This document shows, one piece after another, positions 1-12,800 of a stretch of 64,000 nt of DNA. The stretch is from Leptogorgia sarmentosa (lineage: Eukaryota), in NCBI GenBank assembly GCA_964658305.1, contig OZ210885.1, forward strand, positions 9,672,001-9,736,000, in the 5' to 3' direction. Below the pieces are notes generated by a model. That model worked only from the letters and a program-made list of their open reading frames with translations. It did no database searches and was not told where the DNA came from. Position numbers and translations under genes: made by a program. How positions within the stretch are numbered: the first letter of the stretch is position 1; each line of letters opens with the position of its first letter.

Positions 1-333
1 CCAGATGCAAAAATAAAGAGCGGCCCAGTTACTGTTGGACGTAGACGGGTGTAGTTTAGCATTGCTTGCACTGGACAGACTTCGGAGAATGTAGCGCCTA
101 TTGTTATTGTAGGTATGACCCAGGCGGAATGGATCGGTCTTAGATTACTTCATAAGGACCGTCATGAATTGAGGTGTTTTGCCACCACTATTCGGTGAAA
201 ATTTTATACATTCTCTGGTCAGGTGTATATCTGGGTTGAACTTACAGTGGCAAGTTAATTCTCCAAGACGGACGGAGAAAGCCAAAAAATGCTAATGGCA
301 TAGCAGCCCAAACCAACTTAGAGTCAAAGGACT
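1..333 (-). pseudogene. Degenerate DIRS/Ngaro-type tyrosine recombinase fragment
   Basis: Minus-strand translation across two frameshifts and one stop: LVWAAMPLAFFGFLR/LGELTC...MK*SKTDPFRLGHT/ITIGATFSEVCPVQAMLNY..GPLFIF. The AFFGFLR, SKTDPFR.G, CPV and GPLF motifs are typical of DIRS/Ngaro YRs. Runs off the left edge. Confidence 0.8.
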
Positions 334-613
334 GTGTAATGTAATGTGACGTATGTGTTGTAATGTAGTGTGACGTATGTGTTGTAAGGTATTGTGTTAC
401 GTGTATGCAAATTGAGTATAAAAGTAAACGCTCCTGGACGTATTCGTATCTGGTAACTGACATCGTATCTGTTAATACTCGAAATCGTTCGTACAATCGT
501 TCTTACTGTAGTTTATTGTAAAATACGGGGACAGAGGTATGTTATATATCACTATATATTTTATATGTCAGTGATACTTATGTGATTCGTATATGTAGTC
601 CTGTTTAGTTGTA

Positions 614-1199
614 CAGGGTGTCTCAATAAAAAGGTAATCCAACTTTGGCATGCCATTGTGCGTTAATTACTGGGTGTACGAACGTGATTTTTGCATGGTC
701 ATAAAGATCAAGGTCTTAGCAATTGAATGACATATTTCTTGTACAATATGGGAGAAAATCAGGCAAATGCGAGCGTGTTGAAAAATCTCGGTGAAAAACG
801 CATTCTTTCACCTCTGAGAATTGCAGCTAAACTTATTCAAAATTAACTCCCTCTGGGACTCGAAGATGACGACCTTCCCTTCAACAATCGACCTGATTAT
901 GCATAAGTATTAATAATCCTGATAAAATCTTTGTTACCATGACGCATTCGTGATGAATTGCATTTTTCTTTTGTTATGCACTGCTTTAATTAGGCACAGA
1001 GGTGAAAGAATGCGTTTCTTACCGAGATTTTTCAACACGCTCGCATTTGCCTGATTTTCTTCCATATCGTACAAGAAATATGTCATTCAACTGTTAAGAC
1101 CTTGATCTTTATGACCATGCAAAAATCACGTTCGTACACCCAGTAATTAACGCACAATGGCATGCCAAAGTTCGATTACCTTTTTTTTGAGACACCCTG
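614..1199. mobile_element. Tc1/mariner-type MITE, copy 1 (~200-bp TIRs)
   Basis: Begins CAGGGTGTCTCAA, ends TTGAGACACCCTG, TA on both flanks (612-613, 1200-1201); long near-perfect inverted arms; near-identical copy at 43388-43960. Confidence 0.9.
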
Positions 1200-3242
1200 T
1201 ATATGTATTTAAATGTTGTTTGCTTATCTGTAGTTTTTACGTGTCGACCAATTATATATTAAATCAAACACAAAACGTCGATTGTCGATTCAGTATGGAA
1301 CTCGTCCTTATCGCCAGATATACGCTACAGACTGTGTGAACATAACGCCGAGCAACATTTGAAATAGGTTAAGGTGGTTAATTGTTATGGGTAGCCGCAA
1401 CCGGAGTTGTTGTCCCTGTGAGCGTTTTATCCCTCTGAGAACAAGCTGTAAGCGTAGCATTTTGTTCAAGTTTAACTCAATACCACGGCGAATGCGGAAG
1501 TGAAGATGGTGATCATTATGTGATGGTCATATGTAATGTATATGATCATGAATTTGCTCATCAAAGCAGTCCCGACTCGACTAGTACTGTTGTTGCGTGA
1601 ATTTTGGTCATTATACTATACGGACTGTTCAGCGTTGACATATTTGTACATACCTTAAACCAGACCTTAAATCGTTGTTACTAAAACATATACGAAACTA
1701 TTCGAATAGCAGGAAATAGATTCGAATTGCTGCCATATAATTATAGCAGATCCCGGACAAAGTTAAAACATTAACCTTATGAAATCTGTTTTATTCGGCA
1801 GCTATTCAGCCAGATCTTAACCCCATTCTAGTTTCCTATTGCCGATAAACCTCAGTCCTAGCATGAAATGTAATTTTCCAAGTCAAAAACATACGCGAAT
1901 CTCGGCTTCAATTTTATCCATTCACGATCGTTCCAGATTTCACGTAGGTATTGGACAGGTTTTTGTGCACGGATGTCATCAGCAGATTATTAATATAAAT
2001 TTGTAATATAAAAAGTTATTTGTTATACATTAAACTCCGGTCTTTGCATGCCCTGGAATTACACGTACATGAATACATAACTTGCAATTTAGTTACTTGT
2101 GATTTCCTTCATCTCAGTAAGTGCGCAATTGCAATTCAAAACGACATTGACAATTTAAAGACATGGACATGCAGAATATGTTGTATGTAAGTGGTTTTAT
2201 ACAAAGGTTAAACTTGGTCAAAAGAAAGCCACATATTTCGAAAAGCAATCGCAAGACGCGACAACATGAATAAATTTGAATTAAAATATGCCATATCGTA
2301 TGTCGCCCAGTTGAATTCCATTACAATTTGATATTTGGAATGCGATATATTTATGATTGAAAGCTTATATCAAGTCATCAACGCCCAACCTCGCGTTTCA
2401 GAAATCAGTACTTTCCCTAAAACAGTCGCGCTATTTGCTAGCGGAATACAATTTTATACATGCAAGGTGACATATTCGGGACAGATCCAACAAGTCGCGC
2501 ATTGACAAGTTTGTATCACCGCGCTGGTAGCTTGAGCGCAATACATGAACACTTGTGTACCTATTTTTAAATAAATTAAGTGCCATGCAGGTGTACGAGA
2601 CTGTCGAGAGTATATTAAACTACCTATAGGCTAACTGAACGCGTGTTTTCGGAAATTTTTCGCGCTTTTATTAGTTCAGGGAATATTTCACAATTGGTCC
2701 GAGTTGACTATTCGCTCATAATAGTCACGCTCAGGTAGCGTGCTTAACCATACGGACAGATCTAATCTTAATGCGATTCTCGCCATGGAATCGCTAACAA
2801 TGACATGCACACCATGTTTTTTCTTTTTTTTTACATTATCCACAGTGCACAAAACATCGATCAGCGAAAAACAAACATGCACACGATTTCAACACCACCA
2901 TTCATTTTGTTGTGTTCTTCCAGTCAATTGCAAGGGCTGAACTAGGGGCTTTCTTCCAAATTTGTCTCCCGATTTCTAAGATAATGCTTGGAACAAAGTT
3001 AATTCACTCTAGAGGCGCTTCACAACTGATGAGCATGGTATGTGTTATTTTTCATGTACTGCAGGAAATGAAATTTGAAGTGCAGCTCAACTACAACAAG
3101 TATTAAGCCCTAAAAAATAACGTTTGACAATCTTGTTCGGTAAAGAGACATCACGAAATTTGAATTGCAGCTCAACCTATGCAACAAGTAACACGGCCAA
3201 AAATGACGTTTTACAATCTCGTTTGGTAAATGATATACATAC

Positions 3243-3859
3243 CTTGTCGCCAGAAGTAACTATGATATCATCGGAGCAGGGCACGAATTCTAACGCGGTA
3301 ATGGAATCAGAACAAATGGAATCAGAACAAATGTTATCATGTGACCACATTAACGTCGGCACGTTTTCGTCAACATTCCAAAACTTCACAGACCCACCGA
3401 TAGACCCCGATGCAAAGTGAAGAGAACGATCATGACCTCCTAGCTCGCCTTTAACTTGAGAAATGGCATCCTCGTGTGCTGGGAATTTCAACTGCGAGTT
3501 ATTGTTAACATGAAACCATAACAGTTCTCCGTCATCACAACCAAGCAATGCATAGTTTGAACCAAGAGCAGTAATGCAGGTGACTTTAACTTCTGGTTGA
3601 CCCAATTTCACGCTGGCCTCGATATCATTAAAAGTTCTAAGTTCGATTCTGTTTACCTCATCAACAAAAACGAAACGGGCATCATCACTTAATAAGCAGA
3701 CAAAACGTATGGCGACTCCAGATTCGGTCTTTGCGAATTGAACTTTTTTAGAACACTCCATGTCGACCAGCGACAATGTTCCCGAACTGCTTCCAGACAA
3801 AACAAATTTCCCATTTGATGTGATGTCAATTGCTGTAACTATCGAGTCGTCAGGGTGAC
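3243..3859 (-). CDS. Exon 14: WD40 repeats
   Basis: GHPDDSIVTAIDITSNGKFVLSG...AHEDAISQV...FASGSIGGSVKFWNV; donor AAG|GTATGT, phase 0. Confidence 0.88.
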
Positions 3860-6800
3860 CTGCATGAAGGAAGTAAAATTTTTATTTGAAGTATTCAAGT
3901 ATGCGACGCTTCAGCGGTGTAGCCTGCCAATCATCGAAAAATATCCTTTAGACGACAAGTAAACTTTACAGGTGCAGCAATAGAAATTTATTTCAAATCC
4001 AGATAGGAAAATGCATCGCTGATACCGAAAACGCAAAAATAAGCCATTCACTGTTGTGAATCAGTGAATGAAAGACTAGTATACTGGAATAAAGGCCGTT
4101 TTCCATTACAGTCGTTTTGCCCGCGCGGGCTGAGCGAACGACTTTAACTTCGTCAAAAATCAATCGCGCGGGCACGCCAAGAAAGTTGAATGTAGTTCAA
4201 CTTCTAAGCGTCTCCGCGCGTGCAAAATTAGACAGAGAACGCTCAGATTAGACACCAATAGCTAAATCACACCCATTTCATCCGAAATTCAATCATTTTC
4301 ACCTGATAAATAGTACTTACATTGCACGAACTTTAATTTGAATGGCCATAATATTTCTTTCCCAATCATTGCAGTTATACTAATATTGACACACTTTTAC
4401 ACATTGTAGCGATGGATTTTTGTTTCTTTACTTATTTTCAAATTTTTGAGATCGCTAGATTTCTCTATTATGTATACGTTTACTCTAGACTAAAAACTTG
4501 CAGTGGGCTGAGAACTGTCTTTCACTAAGCCCATGGAAAGACAGTTTAGTAGAAAGGAAACTGACAGCTATCCTCCAAAACGTCAGCTGAGGTTTAAATC
4601 TTGAGGAATGTTCGCACAGCGCGACTAGTTAGGTTCGTTTTAGACGTCTAATTTTCGTCAAATTCAAACAATGAGGGAAGTAATCTCATGAATGATACGG
4701 GCTTCAACTTTATTTGGAAATCAGCAGATAAAAGCGGCCGAAAAATGGCCTGAGAAATTGCAATGTGTTGACATCCTTCATGTCGTGAAGGCACATGGAT
4801 GGGAAACGTACTATAGCAAAATACCGTTTAGAAAAAGATGAGATCAAAAATAGCACTGAAATAGCCAGTAGTGAATGTACGGACAAACAATAGCGTTATA
4901 TATCAAAATATGTGTATTTTGTTCAAGAAACGCTTCGACACGACGAATAGCAGAGATTCATGCTGTTACCTTTTTTGGAAATAATTTCAGTATTATTTTT
5001 CCAACACATTTAAAGGTCAATTGTTACCCGGAGTGTTTTTCATTAATTTTCATTCCGTCAAACTCATAACTGACGGGCGAATAGACCATTGATTTGCGAC
5101 TGGATTCTGTATTCTTATAAGTAGGATGACCAAGAAAACACAATATAAGCGGCAACTATAAGTAACGTAGTCAGCATAGTTAGTGATTATGCTCTAAAAA
5201 CGACATCTTTCATGTAAATTTCGTGGTCTTCAAGCATTGGACTGGGTTGACTAATTTTTGAAACCTCCTAGTTTTGGAACGACCTAAATAACGGATACAG
5301 GTTTGTAGATACTCGTGACGAAACCGTTTTAATTGTATTCTCCGTAAATCCTTTAACGAACATAATTTCATATATGTATACATAATCAGAACAGAAAATA
5401 GCCTGTACAGCTAGCCAAGACAATTTCAGAGCTAACACGTAAATTGAATTCAGTTATTTGACTCATTCGCGAGTGAATGCAGTCGTTTTTCGGGACTGGT
5501 ATATTCTCGTTTAAAACCGATATTTCACACATATAAATTATTGTGTGTATGAATATAGTAAAAAATCCTGTAGTGGCATGAAAGACTTAAAAGTATTTAG
5601 AAGTTTCAAATAGTCCTTGATTTACCCACCTGCATTATGGTCGACCCAACTATCAGTTGAATGTTTCCACTGGAGAAACACATTATTCTGAAGGGAGCCA
5701 AACAAAAGATCTTTGCCGTCGGGTGATATTACATGTGGGACCCTCGGCCGCTGACGTACAGTCGATACTTGCAAAGAGTCGAGATTGATTTCACAAATAT
5801 GCATATCCCGGTTGCATGTGTAAATCATGTTGCGATCGCATGCTATTTCCACTGTATAGGACACGGGTAAAATAACTTCTTTCAAAGACGCATCAGGCTT
5901 TTGCCAGTCCCAGATGAACACATGGTTATCTTTGCATCCAATTACAACTTGCAACCGATCAGAACTAAAGCGAACAATCTCAGGTGTGCCAACGCTATCA
6001 ATTCCATTGATCACACTGCCATCGGACAAATTCCACACCTTAAAAAATAAAAGGAAAAATTAATATTCTGTATGAAGCGCAACACGCGCGTAAAACTTGT
6101 GACTATATTATTTACCAAAACTAATTAACAATTAGACAACAAGGCCGAGTTGTCTAATTGTTTTAGTATACACTCTATGCCCAGAATTATTTATATCAAG
6201 AAAATTCTTCAGAAACCTCAGCAAAACGCGAGTTTTCTGCAGTAGGCATATTGTTTTCCTTTGCTTTTTCGCGAACCGTGGTCTATCACAGATTAGTAGA
6301 ATCATACTCGTATACTATTGCAAATGCTGCAATTTGATTGGCTACTCTATTCGATATCTATTTAACAATTAGATTACGAGCTCGAGATTTCTATGAGGTG
6401 ATAGTTGATGAGGGCGAAGCCCGAATCATCTATCATCTCGTAGAAATCGAGAGCGAGTAATCTAATTGTTTTAGTAGAATCAGAGATCAAACATGAAAAT
6501 ATTGCAAAAAATAATTTAAAACCGCGTCTCAGAAGACATTTTCTTGAACGAAAATTCACATATTTTGCTACTCGCTATCTATCGAGGAATAGATAGCGAG
6601 TAGAGTAGCCAATCAAATTGCAGCATTTGCAATAGTATACGAGTATGATTCTACTAATCCTCGATAGATAGCGAGTAGCAAAATATGTGAATTTTCGTTA
6701 AAGAAAATGTCTTCTGAGACGCGTTTTTAAATTAATTTTTGCAATATTTTCATGTTTGATCTCTGATTCTACTAAAACAATTAGATTACTCGCTCTCGAT

Positions 6801-9800
6801 TTCTACGAGATGATAAAACTATCACCTCATAGAAATCTCGAGCTCGTAAACTAATTGTTAAATATAATCACTAACAAACAGAATAGGTTTCGTTACTTAT
6901 ATTATGCGTGCTACTCAAAGCGATTACTGGAAGTCAGTTTTTAAAGATGTAGATAGAGCATAAAAAGTTAGTTAATACGTTCCAGATTAGTTTTTACGTT
7001 TTATTTTCCAAAATATACGTACACTGATCATGAGCAATAATATGACTGGACAAAGCTTCTGTAATGCATAAATAAACCAATAGCGGCCATATTGGTCTGA
7101 ATAAGTTTCCTCCAATTGATCGATTTCACTCATTTTAGTATTTCATCTCATTACAAATTTTCTAACTTCAAAATTATTGACTGAATTGAAAAGGATGATA
7201 AATTCAGTACTTCGAGATCACTGGATTAAATCAAAGGGCTCGAACAGCAAGTTTTGCCATTTCATGAAAAGAAGTCGCGCAAAAGCCCCAGAAAGCCATC
7301 TTAATGAACAACATTTACAGTTGTACTGCTTTGCATTACGAGCGACCGACTTATTGAGATATTTTACACCCTTTATTTAAAAAGTTGTCGTGTTTCAACG
7401 CATAACTCGAATAGAAATGGATCGAGTTTATGGTGAATTGAAAAGGACATCGTCTTGCACCCAGTCCCTCCTTGCGCGAAGGAGATAACCAACTTTGAAA
7501 CGAGTTCAACATGGCTAGAAATATGCGACATGCAGTATTACGCAATGGGCATTCGGACTTTCAAAATGCTCGTAAATTTATAGTATGCAGCAACGCAAAA
7601 TAGTATGTTTTCTTACATGGGAAGTATAAACATGGTAAATCGACTTGTAGCGAATCGAAAAAGCAAAATATTGTGATATTTAGAAGCCGATAAACCTTGT
7701 CCCCGAGCGATTCAAACGTATCCATGGATTGTAGCGTATTAGCCGCCATTAATCATCAATTCTAATATACTTCACTGAAAGAGAGCGGTGTTTTAGGATA
7801 CATGAAATACAAATTCCAACATGCGAAGCTTGATTTGTCAAGATGGGGTTTCGGCGGCTTCAACTAATATAAAACCTATAAAAGGTTACGTATCTTTCCC
7901 TTGTCCAGCTTTACGTTAATGTTCGATAGTTATGGATATTTCAAGCAAAGCGAAGCACTTTGCCGGGTGCAGCCGTTGAACAAAGACCTCAACGGGTAGT
8001 ACCCAATACTTCTCAATTGGTAGGTAGGTAGGTAGGTAGGTAAAACTTTATTTGACTACGCTTACCCCTACAGCAAAAGCTGGTTTCCAAGGGGGGCGTA
8101 GATTTAGATAGTTAAAAAAAAATACAATTAATTGATACAAATTATGGTCATGCATTACAATACTGTTGACAAACATTACAATACATTTACAAAAAACAGC
8201 TAATATATAATTGTTTACATGTTAAATTAATGTTAATAAAATTCTAGAGGCTGAATAATTCTAATAAGCTAATTAATTAATTAATTGGCCAGGTGACGTA
8301 TATATGAATTAAATGAAGCAAGAGAAAATTTGTTTCTTGCTTCATCTGGAAGGCTATTCCACAATTTTGCTCCTCTGTAGCTAAGACTTTTTTTAAGATA
8401 TTCAGTCTTAGGTTTGGGCAAAAAGAGTTTGGTGGAAGAGCCTCGCATATTGTAGTAATAAGAGGAAGGCGTCCCTTGAAAAAGATCGATTAGTCGTTTT
8501 GGCGCTAGTTCATGGGTTATTTTATACATAAGACTTGCTACGAAATGTGCTCTGCGCTCATTTAAAGGTTTCCATTTCAATTCGTCCAGAGCAAGTTCAG
8601 ATTGACCGTGTTCGTTTTTACGGCCAGTAATCACTCTAGCTGCCCTATTTTGTAGTTTCTGGAGTCGATCAGAAAGTGTAGCGCCAATGGTATCCCAAAC
8701 TTCGCAACAATAATCTAGGTGTGGTAGTATAAGTGCATTATAGGCACATATTAATGTATTGTGATCCACACAAGATTTTAGCTTTCTGATCGCCCCGATG
8801 CCGGATGAGATCTTCTTAGCAATTTTATCAATATGCTTATCCCATGATAGAAACTCGTCAATATGAACTCCAAGTGCTTTTGTTTCTTTGACCCTTTTAA
8901 TTGGTGTATCACCAACAAATACATTTGGAGCAGAAAGTAAATTATTTATGTTGTACCGTGATCCTATTAATAGGTACTCAGTTTTGACAAGATTAAGAGA
9001 TAATCTATTTGCAGAGAGCCATTGTTTGACGTTGGTAAGGTCATGGTTTATGGCCACCTCTACATCTTGAATTGATTTGCCAGATACAGTTAGAGCCGTG
9101 TCGTCGGCAAACATTCTTGTCGACGAGTACTCCAAACTGTTAGGCAGATCATTTACATAGATTAAGAATAAGAGTGGGCCAAGAATTGAGCCTTGGGGGA
9201 TTCCACATGTAACCAACTTCGTGCCCGAGAGAGCGCCATTAACGGAGCACATTTGGGTTCTATTCGTTAAATAGGATTCTAAAAGGTTTAATGATGGCTT
9301 CTGTAGGCCATAAAGATTAAGTTTCGCTAACAGGATATCATGATTTATGGTGTCGAACGCTTTTTGCAGGTCCAGAAAAAGAGCTATATTAAACAGACCA
9401 CGGTCCATATTAATGAACCATTCATTTGTACTATCTAAAAGAGCAGAGGCTGTAGAATGAAACTTCCTAAAACCAAATTGACGGGGAGACAACAACTCCT
9501 GTGTATCAAGATACTCTTGGAGTTGTTCACATAATACTTTTTCGAAAAGTTTACTTACAACAGGGAGGATAGAAATCGGGCGATAGTTGTTTAATTGGTT
9601 TCGTGGGCCGTTTTTAAATATGGGAGTGACTCTTGCGATTTTCCACTCAGAAGGAACAGTTGCACTTGTAATGGCCATGTTGAAAATTTTTGTCAATGAA
9701 TTTGTAACTACAGGAGCAGCAATGCGAATAATTTTAGCAGGGATTTTGTCGATTCCGGTAGATTTACGAGGATTTAGAGATAACAGAAGTCTGTATACAT

Positions 9801-12800
9801 TCGATTCAGACACTGTTTGAAAATTAAAACTACTAGATGTTGTCGTGATGTAATCTTTGAAATTTCTGTCACCAGAATCAATATTTTTGGCAATATCTGG
9901 GCCAATATTAGTGAAGTAATTATTAAAGCACTCTGCTAACTCTGCTGGATGTGAGATTTGTCCTCTCTGTGTTTCAAGACAGTTTATTTCTCTACTTTCT
10001 TGTTTACGGTTTAGGATTTTATTCACAGTTTTCCATGCTTTTTTGGGGTCATGTTTGACTTTCTCAAATTCTCCTTTATAGTATGCTGCTTTTGTTTCTC
10101 GTAATGCATCTGTTACGCGATTCCTAAGGGTTTTATATGCGTTCCAGTAGTTATCCGATTTATGTCTAATAGCAAGAGATTTCAGGCGATCGCGTTCGCG
10201 GATTTGTTTTTTAATAGTACTAGTGAGCCAAGGAACATTTGGTTTACTTTGGACTCTCTTTTCCCGAATTGGGGCGTGCCAGTCAAGAATATTTAAGAAA
10301 AGTGTTTTCCATGTGTTCCACATCTCGTCAACGCATAGGTTGCTATCTAACAATTCCCATTCCTGACCACGTAGGTCAGCTTGGAAACTCTCAGCGTTAA
10401 AATATTTTAAATTTCGAATTTCGACTTTCTTATGACTGTTCTGTTTGCGCTGGATATTTATTTTACGAACAACGAAAATCATGTAATGATCACTAATGGC
10501 AATCGGTATTACTTGTGATGTTATTAACCTAGTTGGAGTAGGAGTAAGACAGACGTCTAATAGGGAGGATGAGGTCGTGGTAACACGGGTGGGTGTGTTT
10601 ATCGTTTGCGATAATTGATATAATTCCATGATTGAATTTAAATTCTTTGTGGCATTGTTTGAGGTGTCAAGCATGTTAGCATTTAAGTCACCGAGTATAT
10701 AAAATTCCTTGTTTTCGTCATCTATTGTTTGTACCAATTGCTCAATTGCGGCAAAAGAGTCAACAGAAGCACTTGGAGGTCTGTAAATAGTGCCAACGAT
10801 AAATGGTGCGGTGGAAGGTTTACGGATCTCAACACATACAGCTTCAAGATTATCTCTAGTCAAGTCTTTTCGTTCTAAGTAGTTAAGGGAAGTTTTCACA
10901 AATAAGCAGACGCCTCCCCCTGTTCTAGAGCGATCGATCCTAATAAGATCATAATTACTTATGCACATAACCTGGTTATTTATAGTATTATCTAATCTTG
11001 TCTCATTTAATGCAAGAATATCGAGACATTCATCAGCTAATATGACCCTAATTTCGTCAATATGCTTTGGTAAACTGGTTATGTTAAGCATACCCATTTT
11101 AAAACCCTTAACATCAGGGAAATATGAGTTAGATTGAGCATACCTTACAGCACCTGGCCATGCCTTATTTCAATTACGACTAAGGTGATTACTATAATTT
11201 CTAGTAAGAGAGCTACTGCCCTTTCTGTTTAAATGTAGGCCACCTCTATTTAAACAAGTATAATCTAAGTTAGTATTGTCTATATAGGTCCATTTATTCA
11301 GGTCAGAAACCCGTTTAAGAATGTCATTAACAGTGTTTATTTTTTCCTGGATATTGGATTTATCTTTCCTGGTAATAATGCCCGATATACATACGTTAGT
11401 GCGTGGTAGACTTTCCTTTACTTGGGTTCCTAAGTTTAAGATGCCAGCAGCAACCACTTCTGCCGTCTTTGAGTTATCTTTGATATCGTTAGTGCCTACA
11501 TGCAATATTATCTCGTCGGGCTTTTTACGTAGTAATGGTTTTATGTAATCTTGCATATCTTCGACTTTGCTTCCTGAAAAGGACTTTACACTTACACGCT
11601 GATCATCGTTAGACAAGTTCCAGCCGTGAACATGCTGTAGAATTGAGTCCCCGGCAATGAAAACAAGTTTACCGGACTTATGATCATTTGAATTTGCGTT
11701 TGTTGTATTCTTTCTATTGTTGGTTTTAGCCTTGTCCTTAGGAATTTCAGCGGAGGTTCGGGTTGATTGACTTTCTTTATTCCTTTGTTTATCGTGTTTG
11801 TTCGGATCCGAGTTTGAATTTCTTTGTCTAATAGTCGAAGTGCTAGACTCAGTCAGGTCAGCTTCGTCATTAGCTTCTAAATCTTTATCTGAGTCATGAT
11901 CTGTGGACAGGAGACTAAACCTGTTTGGCGTTTTAATGACCTGTTCTTGGGCAATCATATCGGCAGACCTAGCAGTTTTAGTTTGGCATGCATGATTAGC
12001 AGAAGTATTATGTACATTAGCTCGTGCTTTATGCCCTGGAGTATGCCATGTATTATGTATTGCATCTCTATTATTTAATGATACAGATTTGCTGTCTTCT
12101 TGCAACAGCTTAAGGGCAGTGACTAGGCTCAATTTTTCATCTTCAATGTTTTTGATTTTCGTATTCAAGTCAGATACTATGTAAGAACAGTTGTTGAACC
12201 TTTCTCTCAATTCGTCGTTATCGCGCCTAAGTTGCGTGTTTTCATGTCTAAGCGTAGCATTATCATGTGCTAAGCTTGTTAGACAATATTCAGTCACTTT
12301 AGTGCCACCATTCAAATTCAGTTCTTTTAGCTGATCGAGCTGGTCGGCAAAGTTCTCCTTTATTTGTTGAAGCTCTGCTTTCGTTTCGACAATATGTTGG
12401 TTTAGTTTTAATTTAATCTCGCTTACCTCAGTAGGGAGTTCGTTACAGACTACCTGAGCGCTTGTTTCACATTCTATAGTTGTTGTATCACCACCGTCGT
12501 CCTTCGTGACACTTTGGGCTAAGGCGATGCTGTTGTGTTCTTTCGCACTTTCTTCCTCAGTAGAGAGTTCGTTATAGACTACCTGAGCGCTTGTTTCACC
12601 TTCGGTAGTTGTTATATCACCACCGTCCTTCGTAACACTTTGGGCTGAGGCGATGCTGTTGTGTTCTTTCACACTTTCTTCCTTCAGATATGAAATTACT
12701 CGTTCAGTCAGGTCTTTGCCTTTTTCTCCTTCAAAGGATATATTCATACTTTTGGTTTGCCATGTAACAGCCAGCAACACACTTTCAAATTTCCACGTTC

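Noticed and set aside
2890..3060. Candidate terminal exon after exon 14
   Set aside because: Available acceptors give short peptides with early stops and no similarity to the WD40 ending seen at 56067-56380.
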